Positions 1 through 14,146 of a stretch of DNA of 64,000 nucleotides are shown piece by piece. The notes under the pieces were generated by a model. The model was given only the letters and a program-made list of their open reading frames with translations. It ran no database searches and was not told where the DNA came from. Made by a program: the position numbers and the translations under genes. Each line of letters starts with the position of its first letter. The stretch's first letter is position 1. Source of the DNA: Botryllus schlosseri (taxonomy: Eukaryota); the NCBI GenBank assembly GCA_051294905.1, contig CM119381.1:15252001-15316000 (forward strand), in the 5' to 3' direction.

Positions 1-552
1 GAGTTTCAGGTTCCACCTTGCCAGACCCCCATCACTCGCATTTGTATTGACTATCAAGTTGATTTGCGTAGCTGTTGCTTTCGCGGCGACAATGAGCATG
101 AGCAGTTTAGCGTCATCGCTTCTTTTTACTCCTCAAATACGTAGCTGACGCTGTACTTGCGTGCTATCGAAATGATTCAGAGCTACTGATTTTTTTGTTG
201 TAACCGACATTCTTCATCCTCTGGCGCTGGCGGGGAAAAGACTGTGCTCCGTATCTGTTCCGTCGGTTTATTGCCTACATTTTCAAGCCTATTCCAAAGA
301 CCCATTCCGATTGACAGTGACTTCGACATTAGAAATGTAATAACTGTAAGCGATACATCAATATTGTAGTAACAAATTAGCAAATGAATGTTTCACTTGA
401 TATGAGCGTGAAGTGTCTGATATACTCTTATACACTTGGTGAATTCGGCACTCGGCACTTAATTGGTATGGATTAGGGTTTAGGTTAACGTTTGGATTAT
501 GGGCTGCCATCAGGTGCCAAATTCAACATGGAGTGTCGAAGTCACTTGTAGT

Positions 553-787
553 CAGAGGTGACCAAAGTACTCATCGTTGGTAGTTGGTACTCAAGTGGAG
601 TAGAAGCAACTTCGTAAATTCTACTCAAATACATATAGAAGTAGCGACTCCCAAGTAAGTATAAAATCAAGTTTAGGCATAGTTTTCCATTGAAAATTTC
701 TGAAAACTGTTATTAAGTAGAATTAGAAATGGTCTAAAATCATAACCACTTGACTTAGTAGAAGTACGACGTTACTGATCACCTCTG
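553..787. mobile_element. hAT-type MITE, family B
   Basis: CAGAGGTGACC...GATCACCTCTG termini; interior similar to the 14438 copy. Confidence 0.75.
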
Positions 788-2510
788 CTGGTAACCCCCA
801 AACCCTTGTCCATGGCTAGACCCCTTCCCCTATCTTGCCCTCGCATACGTAAAGCTATTCCAATCCCCGCTAACTAATCGATAGTTTTCTGCAGTATTGC
901 TGCGGTGATTAACCGGCAGATTACATGGAAATAGATGTAAGGCGCAATCAGGCGATAGCTCATGCGTAAATCCATTTGGTACCGCGACGCCGCTTGCATC
1001 CAATTACGGTAACCGTGACAGAGCCCGCAATCGCAAGTCTATTCGATACCTATTCCCTGGCCGCGCGGTGCCTCTTATTTGTGACATCGCGTAATTAATC
1101 TTGCGATTGGATTTCTGTATTCAATTGACTTACGGGAGTCCCACGTCGCCACGCGACAAATTGATATCCCCACTGAGACCCGTTCTAGCGGTGTCTTGTA
1201 CTGCCGGATTAAGTCGAAGACAATTGGCAGACTGCGACTCTTTATTAATGTCACTCTGGATAATTGTAACAGTGTTTTCGGGGGGCCGATTGGGGATAGT
1301 CACGCTCTTTTTTGACTTTCCTATTTCATCTTCTATTCCTTCACTTTCAATGTGCATGCCTCGTATTTACATGCTCCCGACCAAGGTGGGTGTCTGATTG
1401 AAAGACTATACTCCAAGTTGATTCGAAACATTCCTATCTTTTCATTGTATCGCAATTTTGTGTTGCTTTTAAATGACATAAATAGTAAATGAACGAACCG
1501 AAACCAGAACCACAACTTAGCTGATCGTGTTGAACTATAATTTTGATATTGAACACCTAGATCCGTCCAGGTAAAGATCTTTAAATAACCCATATGGCGT
1601 ATATGCCTGTAGCAAGCGTCTGGCGCGACGTATACACAATATACACCTGCGCATTCGATAGGGCAGCGGCATTCGGCGGTTACTTCACAGAAATATAATG
1701 CTATGGTGCTTTGTCGAAGAGTGAATGATCGAGTCGAGTTTAGTACGTACTTTCCAATTACGGTGTCGACTAATCCATGAAATCCGTGGAGATTTTTCTC
1801 ATTCCATCATGATGTCACCTGTTGTATGAGATTATTGTCCGCTATCAAGTCAGACTGGCTTGTATCAGAACCTTCTACACTGAGTGCTCTACACCTTCGT
1901 CAAAATGGGATACCATTAAAGTATTTTTATAATTTATTTCTATTCAACTTTTTTATTAATTTACAGATCTACAACTTTCTAACGGGATCGGACTCGAGAA
2001 GACATATCGTCACACTTTGTTTCACATATTTTCTGGCTTTTATCGTGTACATGAGTGTCTATTAGTTGGTAGTTACTATCTGATTTGTAACACAAGTATT
2101 TCACTGTGATCTGGGAATAAATGATTCTATTCTAAAATGTGATCTCTCTGGCGGCCATGACTCGTTTGCGATGCGACATCATACCGTTCCGCGGTGGATT
2201 TGAAGAATTCTGATATTGCGATCGAGACTATTTTGCTGAACACTTCGCCGAAACGCATGAGCCGCACCTTTGGATCAATTGTAAAAGTAGCCGCCCGACT
2301 CTTGTCCTTTACGGCCCTGCTTCAACGTAACAGCTTTTACGACTTTTCCAAATTTTATAGCCTGTCTCCAACGCTACGAAGCCTGGTAGTGGGAGCTTTT
2401 GCTGGAAAAGATATCGGTAACAAATCCACACGTCACATATTCACGCATTTAGCGCAGACACCAATATTACATGTATTACAATGAATATATTCGGATACTA
2501 ATATGTCTAT

Positions 2511-2872
2511 TAGGGCTGCATTTAAAACAAAGGCCTTTAAAAAAATTGTTTTTTTCAAGTTGTATCCTAAGCCATAATTGTGTAAGTACTTTCCAAAAAC
2601 ATGTTGTATGAGCCTACGGACGATTATCACCCAATAGCCGACGTATACGATATGGGATGGTTGGAACCCTCAAAATAGTCGGTTCAACAGCTATAGTACG
2701 TAGATATTTCGTCAACGGAGCTATATTTACCCTATATTTTCAATCGTCAATGTCAGTCCACTGTGACATCGCAATTGAATATTCGTGACATCATGGCTTT
2801 AAAAAAAACAATAAAAAATATGTTTTAAATAAGGGCCTTGTGTTAAACATGTTTGTTGTAAATGCAACCCTA
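2511..2872 (+). mobile_element. hAT-type MITE, family A
   Basis: TAGGGCTGCATTTA...TAAATGCAACCCTA termini; 8-bp TSD ATGTCTAT/ATGTATAT (7/8); multiple copies in the window. Confidence 0.85.
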
Positions 2873-5800
2873 ATGTATATGCTGCGAGAGTTGGTGATTC
2901 TTATAAGAGTTGCACCAACGGGTAACTGCGCGGAACATGGATTATTGAGTTTAAGTTAACATAACACTCACATAACACATTAAACGTACCGGATACGACA
3001 TTTGGTTGGCCACTAACCGTTTCCAAGCGCAATCCAGAAGTTAGCAGCATTTGATACTTAATCATACGATATATGAACATAACATATAATAAAAACAACT
3101 ACGAAGTTATACAACTTTATATTATTACATGTGCTATGAATCGTGAATGTCCGAATGCATCGGTTTCACCAGAACCGCCGTAATTTCATTTAAATTCAAT
3201 TGGTATATCGCTGGAGTTCAAGCACCAGACAGACGTATGTAGGAGTGGCGTAGCACAAACTCAGTTGGCGTGCATGATGAGACTAGCCTCCGTTCTGGAT
3301 CTATATTTCCTTTGACTTGAAAGTAATTTATGTTCCGATCGAAACTGCGTCCACCGGCGCTGATTTATCTGATGGCGATAGCGTCGCTACAAAAATGAAT
3401 TTTAATCAACCAAGTAGAGATATTTTGAGCAAGGATTATCTTCAGATGGCGATATGACAGCTACGTCTCTCCAGGGAACGCAGGACATTACCGTGTTTTT
3501 CGAGTTTTCAGTCACGACGGGAATTAACAAAGAAATATTGTTTTCTGCACTCTTGCCAAATCTATGGAATGCTTCCCATTCGAGTACTATACAGACCAAT
3601 GCGATCCTACTCCAATCCGGAACGACTAATCTCAAGGGTAGAGAATTACCTGTCATTTTCTTCTTAGCAACCGTGACGATTCGGTTAGGATTTAGAAGCG
3701 ATTAAAAACCGTGTCGAAAAGTATTAACGATTAGTATACCCATCATGACCATATAGCATCCAACCCATGATTTGGGACACAAGCTGCAAATTGTCCTAAT
3801 CGACCTGATAGATGCGACGCATATCCTGGTTTGAAATTTAGTTATTCTTGAGCTGTAGGCTACCAGGGATCGCATGTTTGTCTCCGAGTCGTACCAAGGA
3901 GCTAAAGTTATGAAGGAGGAAACCGACGATGCGGTTCGACAGCTTTCATTTCTGTACATTTGTCGATGTGAAATAATTAATCACAAATCGTGTCACTAGG
4001 TTCAATCGGCGACAAGGTATCCACATAGGCCTATTCTTAGGCACGGTCAATTTTTTTCTCATCAAGGGGTCCGACTTCGAATGCTCCTTTTCTCGCCGTG
4101 TCCCCTGGGAAGGCATGATTGAATTTGATATACCGCCGCTCCTTCGTACTTGACAAGCGGTTAATGCGTCCTTTTGCCATTCCATCTCGGTATCGGCATG
4201 ATTTTCGAGTTTTCCGTTTTATTCTCGATGGTTATGGCATGATGCAAGGCACATGTCGGTAACGTTTTTTGGTAAACTGTCGGTGAACTCGCCACTCACG
4301 CGGTAACGGATGCCCACCTCATTGAGCAACAGCCTCATGTAGAGTTATCTTTTGAGATGTTCAACTTTCGACATTTGCACTGCGTGTGGGGCTGGCGTTT
4401 TATCGCTATGCCGCGGTATGAATACAAAATGGCGATTTTCATATCGGTCGTAGTGGATTGTACGCGTGCTATTCTTTTATCATATTTGTAAGTCCGGTAA
4501 TTACATTACCCTTCACGATTTCACACGGTTTGCCTTCTGGATTTTGTGTTCTTTCCTTGGAATGTTGGAAAAGATCCCAAGCTTTGAACTCTGATAACCG
4601 AATTTATGAAAAATAGAAAAATGACCAGTTTCACTATATATCTGTAGGCTATATAGACCCATTTGCTGTCATATCGTGCCTTTTTTAGTCCGATATCTAT
4701 GGTGAGTCAAATGGCGAAATTTTGCAATTTTACTATTTTGCTGACAAATCATGTAGGCTACAATAGCCCCCAAAGGCCCGAATACAATACGCATTGCCTA
4801 TGCACGTGGACACGGTGAATCACATATCTGTTTACGAAAATTATTACAGTAGCGTATTACGATAATTGTGCTTTTTCGGGCACTTTAAATTGATATCAGG
4901 CCAACGTATTTTCCGAGGTAATATTCCCCACCTGCCTTGTGCAACGACTTACTCCATAATTTGGCATCAAATTCAAACTACGTGTTTGCATTCAAGGAAA
5001 TGTATTCAGTATGTGATTTAACATGAAGTGAACAATGTTCATATGTCTATCGGTATCCCAATTAGATAGATACTTAAATATATTTACCTGAGACATATTA
5101 TCACAATGCATATAAAAATTGTATATAAGCTATTATACATTCGCGAGCATTTCCACACTTAGCTTACTTTACAAAACTCAAATATCGTTTAGAGTATCAG
5201 ATGTGGTTTGTGATAGATTGGATTATTGATATTCGCCAGGGAGTTCGCCATCGTTGTGCAATTCTCAATTAGTCCGCCGCTTCGCTCATAAGTCCTTGTT
5301 TCTACGCGTTTGCGATGCGAATGCAATAAAGACACCTCCTTCAATTAAATTTAACATGCGGTCGGGTGATAAGGCGGGTGAAGTTCATCTGGAAGTAACC
5401 CGGCGTGCTCTGTAATTTTCTCCTAAACTCCGCGTGATTTAATTTTGTCCGTATGTTGGACCAACACCGCAAGTTTTCGCTTTTTTCGGAAATTTACTAC
5501 CATATGGATATAGAGACGTTTTTGGCGTTAAGCTTATAAGAATATCAACTTTTCATTCCTATATTATTATACAGTATCGACCTAATCACGGATAATATAA
5601 TCCAATTTACAGATACGCAGCGCGTGTCTAAAATCCCATTCTGTACACGGGTACTTGCTTTAAATATGGCTCATCTGTGAATGTGTAATTTGATCTGTCA
5701 TATCAAATTGTATGGTTGTGGTCAGATTATGCACTTGAAGTAATGATGCGTGCCACTTACAGGTGGGGGCCGGCATTCAGAGGGTATATTTTTGCGAACG

Positions 5801-7388
5801 TCATTTTTTTTTCAACAGAAAGAAAGTCCGAATATGTATTGTTGGAGGATTGACATTTACGCCAAGCGTTGGCGCAGTTGTGATATCTTATTGAATATAA
5901 TTGAGTGCGATTTTATTGGGTATGGATAGCATAGGCAGTAAACTTCCACGGCGTTCACTAAATTTCATTTTCCCTGCCCACCCTTCTTTTATTACTTACA
6001 TTTTTATGGACCATCAGGCTTTATTTAATTGATGGAATCCACGGAATATAGTTTTAAGTAATCTATGAAAGGACGATAAACATTTCCGTGTTTCTATTGC
6101 GAAAATAATAAACTTTTGTCACCTTATCGATTATAATAGCAAGCATAATACAACCTAAAATAGAAATTAACGCTGATGATTTCTAGGATCTTATTCTCTT
6201 GTTATGTTGGTCTCTTACGCCACTTTGGACATAGTTGTATTTGCCGCTAAATTAACATTGTAAAATCCTATCAGTTGGAGACAGGCTATAGATGTCAACT
6301 GGGCCACCTTCCTCACCTTCGTTAGTTTATTCGCATTGATTTTATGTCGCTTGGCGCTGTTACCAATTCAGTTCAATTTCATTGCGTTTTATCTGATTAA
6401 TGCAAAAGGAGATCACGTAAACCTAAAAGAAATTTAGGGATCTGCGGTACGAAATGTTGAACAACCTCTGCTCTAGGCGTACGCATTCCTTACTATAACT
6501 ATAAATTTTGCTATGACAACTCGGCGAAACCAGTTCATAGTTTTATTTTCCTATAATATTCTCCGCATTCGGTCCATTTGAATATCTCAATCGTGAATTT
6601 TTTGTCATTGATTGAAACTCGAATTTTTTTCTATTCAACTGGTTATGCTGTAGCGAATATTTCTTTCAGAATTCATCAACAAATATGATTTTATTTTATA
6701 ACAAATCGCTCAAAAATACACAAAAAAATCACAGCGTTGGACGATGATACATTTTTCATCACATAATTCAGTATATCATTTTTCCCTGCTAGTGAAATCT
6801 ATAAGAAGAGATGTAAATTTAGAAAACTTACGCCTTAGATATTGTAGCATCTGCAATGATCTGAAATCTATTAATCTGAATTAATTATATGGTCTACACC
6901 AGAAGTGGGCAACAAGTCGGGGAAGAAGCGCCGCAATAATCACAAGAGCAATGGGCACACGAAAACATCACTTCGCTTCTCCGCATATACTCTGACCTAT
7001 GATTAACCAGAATCATTTAAAAATCTCACCATATGTATAGCGTAGCCAGAATAAAAATATGGCAGTTGAAAAATTTTAGGAGCAAAAGAATTTCAACGGC
7101 ATCATGATTCACATGATTCAAGGATGCATTAGCGCATATACGTAATATCGCGTATTATAATAAACACCGGTGACGTTACAACGACGAACGAAAACAGAGA
7201 GGGGCATAAGCTGGCCATTGCACCTAGCGTACTATTAAAAATCAAAACGCTATTTTTTCATCTTCATATTTTGCTGGGCTGGGCATTTTCTCCTGGCATT
7301 CCTATGCCATTCCTCTTTCTCATAACACGAAGAAATGCGAATGTGTTGGTGTGAAATTGGTGGTGTACACGGCTGTACAAGTGTACAG

Positions 7389-7805
7389 TAGGGCTGTTCA
7401 AAAATAACTTTTTCTTCCGGATTCCAACCATTCAGTGATTAAATTGTCAGGTTACCCTAAAAAACGCTGCACACCATATTTGGTTCGTATTATCCACCAA
7501 TCAAGGATCATCTGAGGATTATCAACGAAAAACTCCAATAACTCCACTTCTACTAGTCCAAATTGAGTCAATTTTTTTGCATCGTGTCTGAAGACAGCTC
7601 AACAATTTCATGGGGTTGACAGAAAAATTCGAAATTTTTTTTTTGAATTTTCCTGTATAAATTAAAAATTTTAATTGGATCCGCGGAGCCCTATACTTGT
7701 TAGAATTGAACCAAATTTGGTGTGCAGCGTTTTTTAGGGTAACCTGACAATTTAATCACTGAATGGCTGGAATCCGGGAAAAAAAGTTATTTTTGAACAG
7801 CCCTA
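7389..7805. mobile_element. hAT-type MITE with ~98-bp inverted arms (family C)
   Basis: TAGGGCTGTTCAAAAATAACTTTTT...AAAAAGTTATTTTTGAACAGCCCTA; near-identical arms; TSD GTGTACAG/CTGTACAG (7/8). Confidence 0.9.
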
Positions 7806-7955
7806 CTGTACAGTGTACAGTACTACAATATGGTTGTATTTTTCACAGTACTTCGATTAGCAGCAATACGCCAAACCTAATTAGCTATCAACCAATAACA
7901 TTTGTCAGCAGCTAGACCCTTATGGTCTGTTTCAGTTTAATCTTTCTCTAGTTAG

Positions 7956-8318
7956 TCTGGTTCGTGCGCCACTGTATATGGCATCAATGCAAGATGGCTT
8001 GTGAAATTTTTCGGAAGAGCATGTACTCTCTGTCCGAACATACAGGTATATACAATAGATAGATGTAAGGGAGGAAACACTTTCGGAAATGCGAAAACAG
8101 TTTGGCCCGAATTTACCGTAAATTCAGCTGGTTCATGCCGGTTCTATAAAACAACCTCACGACATTTTATAAGATCAGCGAACCGGTTAGGAATACCGGT
8201 TATTGTCAATCACTTTTTGTACAATAGAACCGACGGTCAAAATTTGAATCCGGCCAATGCTGTAAACCAGAAATGCACACCCAATGATAATGCTAATGCA
8301 CCGAATCATTTCGACTAG
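7956..8318 (+). CDS. Candidate terminal exon of an unidentified small Cys-containing protein
   Basis: Pyrimidine-rich ttag acceptor, 120 open codons to TAG, AATAAA at ~8442 and ~8449. No recognisable family; upstream exon not found. Confidence 0.35.
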   Translation, partial: SGSCATVYGINARWLVKFFGRACTLCPNIQVYTIDRCKGGNTFGNAKTVWPEFTVNSAGSCRFYKTTSRHFIRSANRLGIPVIVNHFLYNRTDGQNLNPANAVNQKCTPNDNANAPNHFD

Positions 8319-11300
8319 TGACAACAAATATAAGCCCACACACCGCAACATAGGCTAGTAGTTTCTAGCCAGTTATTGTAATCTTAAAGTAGTGAGGAAA
8401 AGGTTTAAAATGTCATTTTTAAATTATCACATAACTCAAATAATAAATAATAAATTCTCTACGTTGGGTTTCAGAAACTATCGGTAGCGAACGTTTAGTG
8501 GCTAATGGTGCTGATGTGTCCAAAATCAAAACAATTCAAAACTTTGGCGTAAAGAGCCACAAAAATCACTGGTATGCAGTGGAAGAATATCTTGCGTGCT
8601 GTGCTGCAACAATAGACAATTCAACATGCAATATTGGTCAAATTATGTATCCTGCCACTAATTGGCCATATTTCTAATGAGAAGTCTTTATAGCAATCTA
8701 TTTTTATAGCGGTAGATCTATTTTCTGATAAATATTAATAATATTATACTTTGGCATACCAAATGTCGTCTGTGCAGAGAGCATGCCAAATCCTAGATTT
8801 AATTGCTTATCATACTGTGCGTGATACGCTAATTGTGCAGATATATCTGATTCCGTATATTGTTCGAAATAAGGAATAAAAATTATGAATCTGTAAAATA
8901 TATGTGGTTCTGTGATATTTGAGACCAAATACTGCACCGGAAATGTGTCTAATATGCATACTTGTGCTTGATATCTAGCAAGCATCTTACGCGACTTTTG
9001 TCTGTGATTGTTTCAAAATAGAGAATGGTCGCTCGCATGATTGATCGGGCAAGACTCATGTAAGCAATGATGGTTCGCGTCTTCTTCGGCAATCGTGCGA
9101 CATAATGTCGAGGTAATTCTGACACGATTTTATTATTTATGACACCTAATGCGAAACGTCTAAACTCGCCACGACCCTTCCACTGAATGCATAACTGTCA
9201 AGCGGAAAGACTAATGAGAAAAGTGGGTGAAAACGTGTAGCTTAGTTTGAAGATAGTATCCTACAGGTAAGCGTATATACAGGTCATAGATAGTAAACTC
9301 GCTAGATATTGCGACCAGTATCAGTATTTAATGTGATTCATTCCAGCGCACTAGTTCTGTTTTGAAAATGATAATCTCAATCAAAGCCGATACGTGTTCT
9401 TGCTCATTTGCGATATACAGTCCGGATGGAGGCCCGAGCTTGTTTAGAAAGGAAGATCTGTGGATGTTTCATCGTGAAGTGTCAAATGTCAATTTTTCTA
9501 GCTTTATTGAGCCTTCCATCAAAGTCAGACGCTTGATTCGGTCAGCTATCTACGCTCAGCTTAAGCTTCAGAGGTAACGTAAATTGAAGCGGCATGAGTT
9601 AACTCTAGATACGGTACATTGGTTCGGTATAGAAAGCCGCTGCGCTGTTTTATGATTGCCCTATAACGCACGTTATGTAGATCTTCCAACAACGTTTCTC
9701 ATCGCTCTACCACATAGCCCATCTATACGCCGCTACGATCCGAGATAGGGTAATGAAGACGAATCATCATTACGTCGCGAAGCACGGAGGTATCTGTCAT
9801 CTTGCAGTCCCGCACCAAATTTTAGTTCATTTGTGGGGCAAGCAAGCGTGTATCTGCAATATCTCATGTGCAAAGAAAACTGTAGGAATACTGTAGTTCA
9901 GTAGTAAAGAACGGAAATCAAACGGTAAGTACCCTACATGTACGTCTTGGTTGAATTTGTCCGGTGCTCTTTGAGTTTGCATACAGGATTACACTGAGCT
10001 CTGAGCATGTGAGCAGTGGGCAGAGTAATTTCAATTCTATCAAAGATGACGTGATAAACTTAGTTTTGCGGAAATTTGTATTACAAATGCATAGCTTCTC
10101 TAAAATATCTCCTGTTTTATTTTGTATCTTTGTTCATTTTGCGTCATCGTTGTGTGTAGACTCCGTAAGACTTATCGTGATACGCGCAATAATCACGATT
10201 TGCCGCGCGCACTTTCTGTGACCTTGAAGTGTCTGATTTTATATCGGCTGGCTGTGCGCATCAAGCAGTCATCAATTCTTAGATTTAGGTACAATTATTG
10301 CTTCCTATACAGAGAGCAATTGTCGGGTCACGAACTCGGCATATCAGCCGCGGCGTCTCTTCAGCTGATGAACATTTAGATAATGCTAAATACCAGGTGA
10401 CACAACGATTCGAAGCGGTTTGCATTTCGTAATTCAGGTATTGAGATTTCCCTTTGACGTAGGCTTGCTCGTCTTGTTGTTCAAGGGTTTGGGTCAACGA
10501 AACCGTGCCCTTGCAGGTAACCTTGGATGATTTTCGCGTTTTTTGTGGCAATGATTTCTACTCGTTCTTCATATACCCCGACTTCGGAAATATAGCACGA
10601 CTTCATACGTAGCTCGACGCCTACTGTACTTAACTTTGTCTATGCTTTATTGTGTTTTATTATCAGCAAGCATTTTATGACCATTTCGAGGCGTTGCTTT
10701 ATTCAGTTACTGGCTCTGTGCCGCCATTTTACCCAATGTCAAAGAGAACCTAACCCAGATCAACGTTGTATATAATTCTCCCCCTGTCGTTGAAAGCTAT
10801 CTCCGGTAAGAGCGGCGTGTCTTCTTCATTCATGTTAAAATGTCACAGACTGCCATTTTAGAGATTGCGTGGAAATTCTAGGGATCTCAAAGTTCGTGAT
10901 TTGTCATTTTGACAGGCTTGTTAAATTAGGTATTGATCAAGGCTTATAAGATATAGATCATATTCTGTCGATGAATTGCGAGTCGTGTGCTGTGCAGACA
11001 GCGAGGCCATGTTCAGGCCTGGAAAGTCAAAGGAAGTCTGAGTTATAGCTTCCAGGTAGGATTGAGGTAATTACACAAAGCGATTGTCAGGTGTCAATCT
11101 CCTCTACCGATCCGGACTGTGTTAATCAGATCCGCGACTGAAATCGGAAAGTAACATGCAGAACGGAAGATAAGCGTTGCCTAAGGTGGTTCGAAATAGT
11201 GTCCGCTGTTATTTCTGAGATGATCTTGATCAATCTGCTTAAGACAAGACATGGCGAGATCCTGTAAACAGTCTATCCATTTCATGTCGCCGCTTTTGCC

Positions 11301-12502
11301 ACTTTGGCGAAGCAGGCTTTGCCAAAGCCTTCTGAAGTCTCGCGAATTCGTCGGAGTATTATATCAATATTTCATAAACAAATCGACTTTTTTCGTTACA
11401 AGGCAACTTTGCCATATAGTTAGTACGAAATGATCTACTTCTGAAATATCGAGAATACGAGCGACTTTTAGTAAGATGTGTTGCTTTAAATATATTTCGA
11501 ACTACAAGACCATGATATCGTAAACCGCTTATTCGACAATAATGGTGTAAAGAGAACTTATCCTTGGTGGTCCTGCGTTCTCTATTCATGATGGGTAAAA
11601 GTAATCATGACATCGTTTGTATTTCTGATGCAGGCTGTATGCGCTCGAAAGTGCTGTTGATAGCTCCAACAAAAGGGATTAATCGAGCCACGATGATATC
11701 CACATCATTTCAGTTTTAATACAAAATCGCCATCGCCCGAAAAGAGGTTTATGAGAAGGGGTGGACATATGTCTCATTGAGCGTACTTCACAGTTTACAC
11801 GGAATATGGTAATCACTGCCAAATTATAGAAATTTGTTCGTAGGCTTCAATTTATTTTACCATAATTTTGGATGGGACAATCTGTCCTAAATACTACGTA
11901 TTTATCGAAAATAATATTTATATGGTATGGGATCTTTCTCTATGTTCCGGTTTCTAACTTTCGCCTAATCAAGTGAAACTACTAATTATCTGGCAGCCAT
12001 GATCATGATCAATTTACAATTGTACAAATGTACAAGTGTACAGATACATTGGGCACTGAGCAGGAACAACTTGTCCGCGATCAATTTCGCCAAGTAATAA
12101 TAAACCACGGCTTGGCAAAATCGAGAAAGCAATGCTAGTTGTCCGCTGCATTAAGGACAATTCGATGGTTTTGTGACAATACCTATTTCATTACACTTTG
12201 TGACAATGCTGCGTGTTGATCAACTTCTCAGAAATGCCACCTGCACTAACGCGTTTAGACGTTTACTACATCCTTGGAGGTTAGTACACTACTAGGGCTG
12301 TGGACAATGATTCGAGTACTCAATCTAAGTCGAGTATTAATTCTAATGATTTGAGTCGAGTAATGAAAGAAGAATTTTTCGAGTACTGAAATTGCATGCA
12401 TATTGCCACTAAGAGTCAAGTTACCGAGGAGAATTATAGTTTTGATAATCTTTTCCACTGCTGTAAAGGCTGTAAACCTCGATTGGTCGTATTGCAGCCT
12501 CG

Positions 12503-13311
12503 AGGGCTGTTCAAAATTTCCAACCATAGTAGAAGCGAAGTTCTTGCAGTGGAAACTTTTAGATTTACTATAAAAAAAAAAATCTGTCCACCCCATAATA
12601 TTGTTAGGCTGTCAGGGAACGCCGAATATGCCTCAATTCTAACTAGAAGCGAAGTTATTGCAGCAGAATTTGGATTTGAATAAAATAGTATTTACGGTGG
12701 CTAACTCGTTCGTTATTTATTATAGAATCATATAATTAGAAATTTTTCAACTGGAATAACTTCGATTCTAGTTGTTGGAATTGAGCCGAATTTGGTATGC
12801 ATCATCTTTACTGACAGCCTGACAATTTCGTGGGGTAGACAGAAAATTTTGAAGTATTATTTTTTATACAATAAATCCCAAACTTTCTACTGCAAAAACT
12901 TCGCTTCTGTGTGGCGAGATAGTGTAGTGGTATAATCCATAGCTGCAACAACAATGGGTTGCGGGTTCGAGTCCGACCGTGGTCGGCTCCGGAATTCCTA
13001 CCCAAGTGTTGGAGGTTTATCTAGGCTCCTTCTCGCCATCTCATCCGTGTAAGCGGTGTCTTATAAAAGCCCAGAAGTGGGCCGTGCTACAAGTCGGCAG
13101 CGACGGAATAAAATGATAAAAATTGGCCTGGTGTAAATGACCATAGTAGTCGACAAACACCATGAATACCACAAACAATAACAACAACAACTTCGCTTCT
13201 ACTGGTTTGAATTAAGCCAAATTTTGTGTGCAGCGTTGTTTTAGCCAACCTACTATTTTCATCAAATAGCCAGAGAAATTTGAAGAAAAAGGCATTCTTT
13301 GAACAGTCCTG
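12503..13311. mobile_element. Degenerate family C-related MITE hosting the SINE at 12909
   Basis: GAGGGCTGTTCAAAA...TTTGAACAGTCCTG ends and internal blocks shared with the 7389 element. Confidence 0.6.
12909..13188 (+). mobile_element. tRNA-derived SINE, full length, inserted in a hAT-type MITE
   Basis: A box TAGTGTAGTGG (12920), B box GGTTCGAGTCC (12964), (AAC)n tail, 12-bp TSD AACTTCGCTTCT at 12897 and 13189. Confidence 0.92.
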
Positions 13312-14146
13312 TCACAAAGCTACACGCGTAAGTGGAAATTACATATCTGTCGTGTCAAAGTCGTGATCAAAGCACAAAGTACAATGAAATAGTTATGGTC
13401 GAATTTTTTTTTAACGTGATAGAGAACTGGTGTTAAATATTCTTTCTGGTCGCATAATAGCTACATATTTTGATTTTCCACATCATTCATGCTATTGTCA
13501 CGTAATAACGAGTGATGCTCGAATACTAGACTCGAAGCCTAGAACTCGATTCAGAATCAAATCACTCACGTACTCGAATTTGCCCAGCCCCTGGATGCGA
13601 CCAATCGAGGGTTTCAAGGCTTCCACGCTGGGAAAACTATCGAAAATACCATCGGCGTTGATAATAATATAACTGATAGTGGAGGGGAGGAGAGGGGCGT
13701 ATAATTACAGGACTCAGTTTATAAATAAACAAGTTTTCGACGCTGTTCCAGTAAAGTAAATACGCCGTTACTGGCAACATGTCGTATATGTGGTGTGTTG
13801 CTCAGGGTATACGTTATTCGGCTCGCGATGTTTCAAGAGCATGCAGATTTGACCTCGAAAGCATGAATTACGTGTAAAGCTAATCAACAGTTTACAATTT
13901 TCGAGTGCAAACAAAATAAATAAGTCGATCCGCTTCGCGCATTGTGATTGCCGAGCGTAAGGGCATACAGAACGTAAACGCGATTTTGTTGATGGGTTAC
14001 AATTCAAAATAACCTGAAATAATCAGCGATGGTCCAACAGAAGTATACCACATTACACAATAACTACACACTTAGTTCACTTAGTAGTATACGCCCGGGA
14101 ACACCGGTCAAGAAACACTGATCCAGTGAATAGTTGTGTTTTAGTT

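Noticed and set aside
470-500. Telomere-like TTAGGG/TTAGG motifs (also near 24010-24060 and 31190)
   Set aside because: Only one or two degenerate units, probably remnants of small repeat elements; too little to call.
183-12300. Most other short six-frame ORFs here and across the introns
   Set aside because: Lengths are compatible with chance, with no splice-consistent chains or recognisable motifs (the candidate at 7956 excepted).
12909-12985. Functional tRNA gene (also at ~46990-47070 and ~51470-51540)
   Set aside because: A and B boxes are present, but I see no complete cloverleaf or acceptor stem. The sequence continues into a shared body and tail and is flanked by TSDs, so it is a SINE head.
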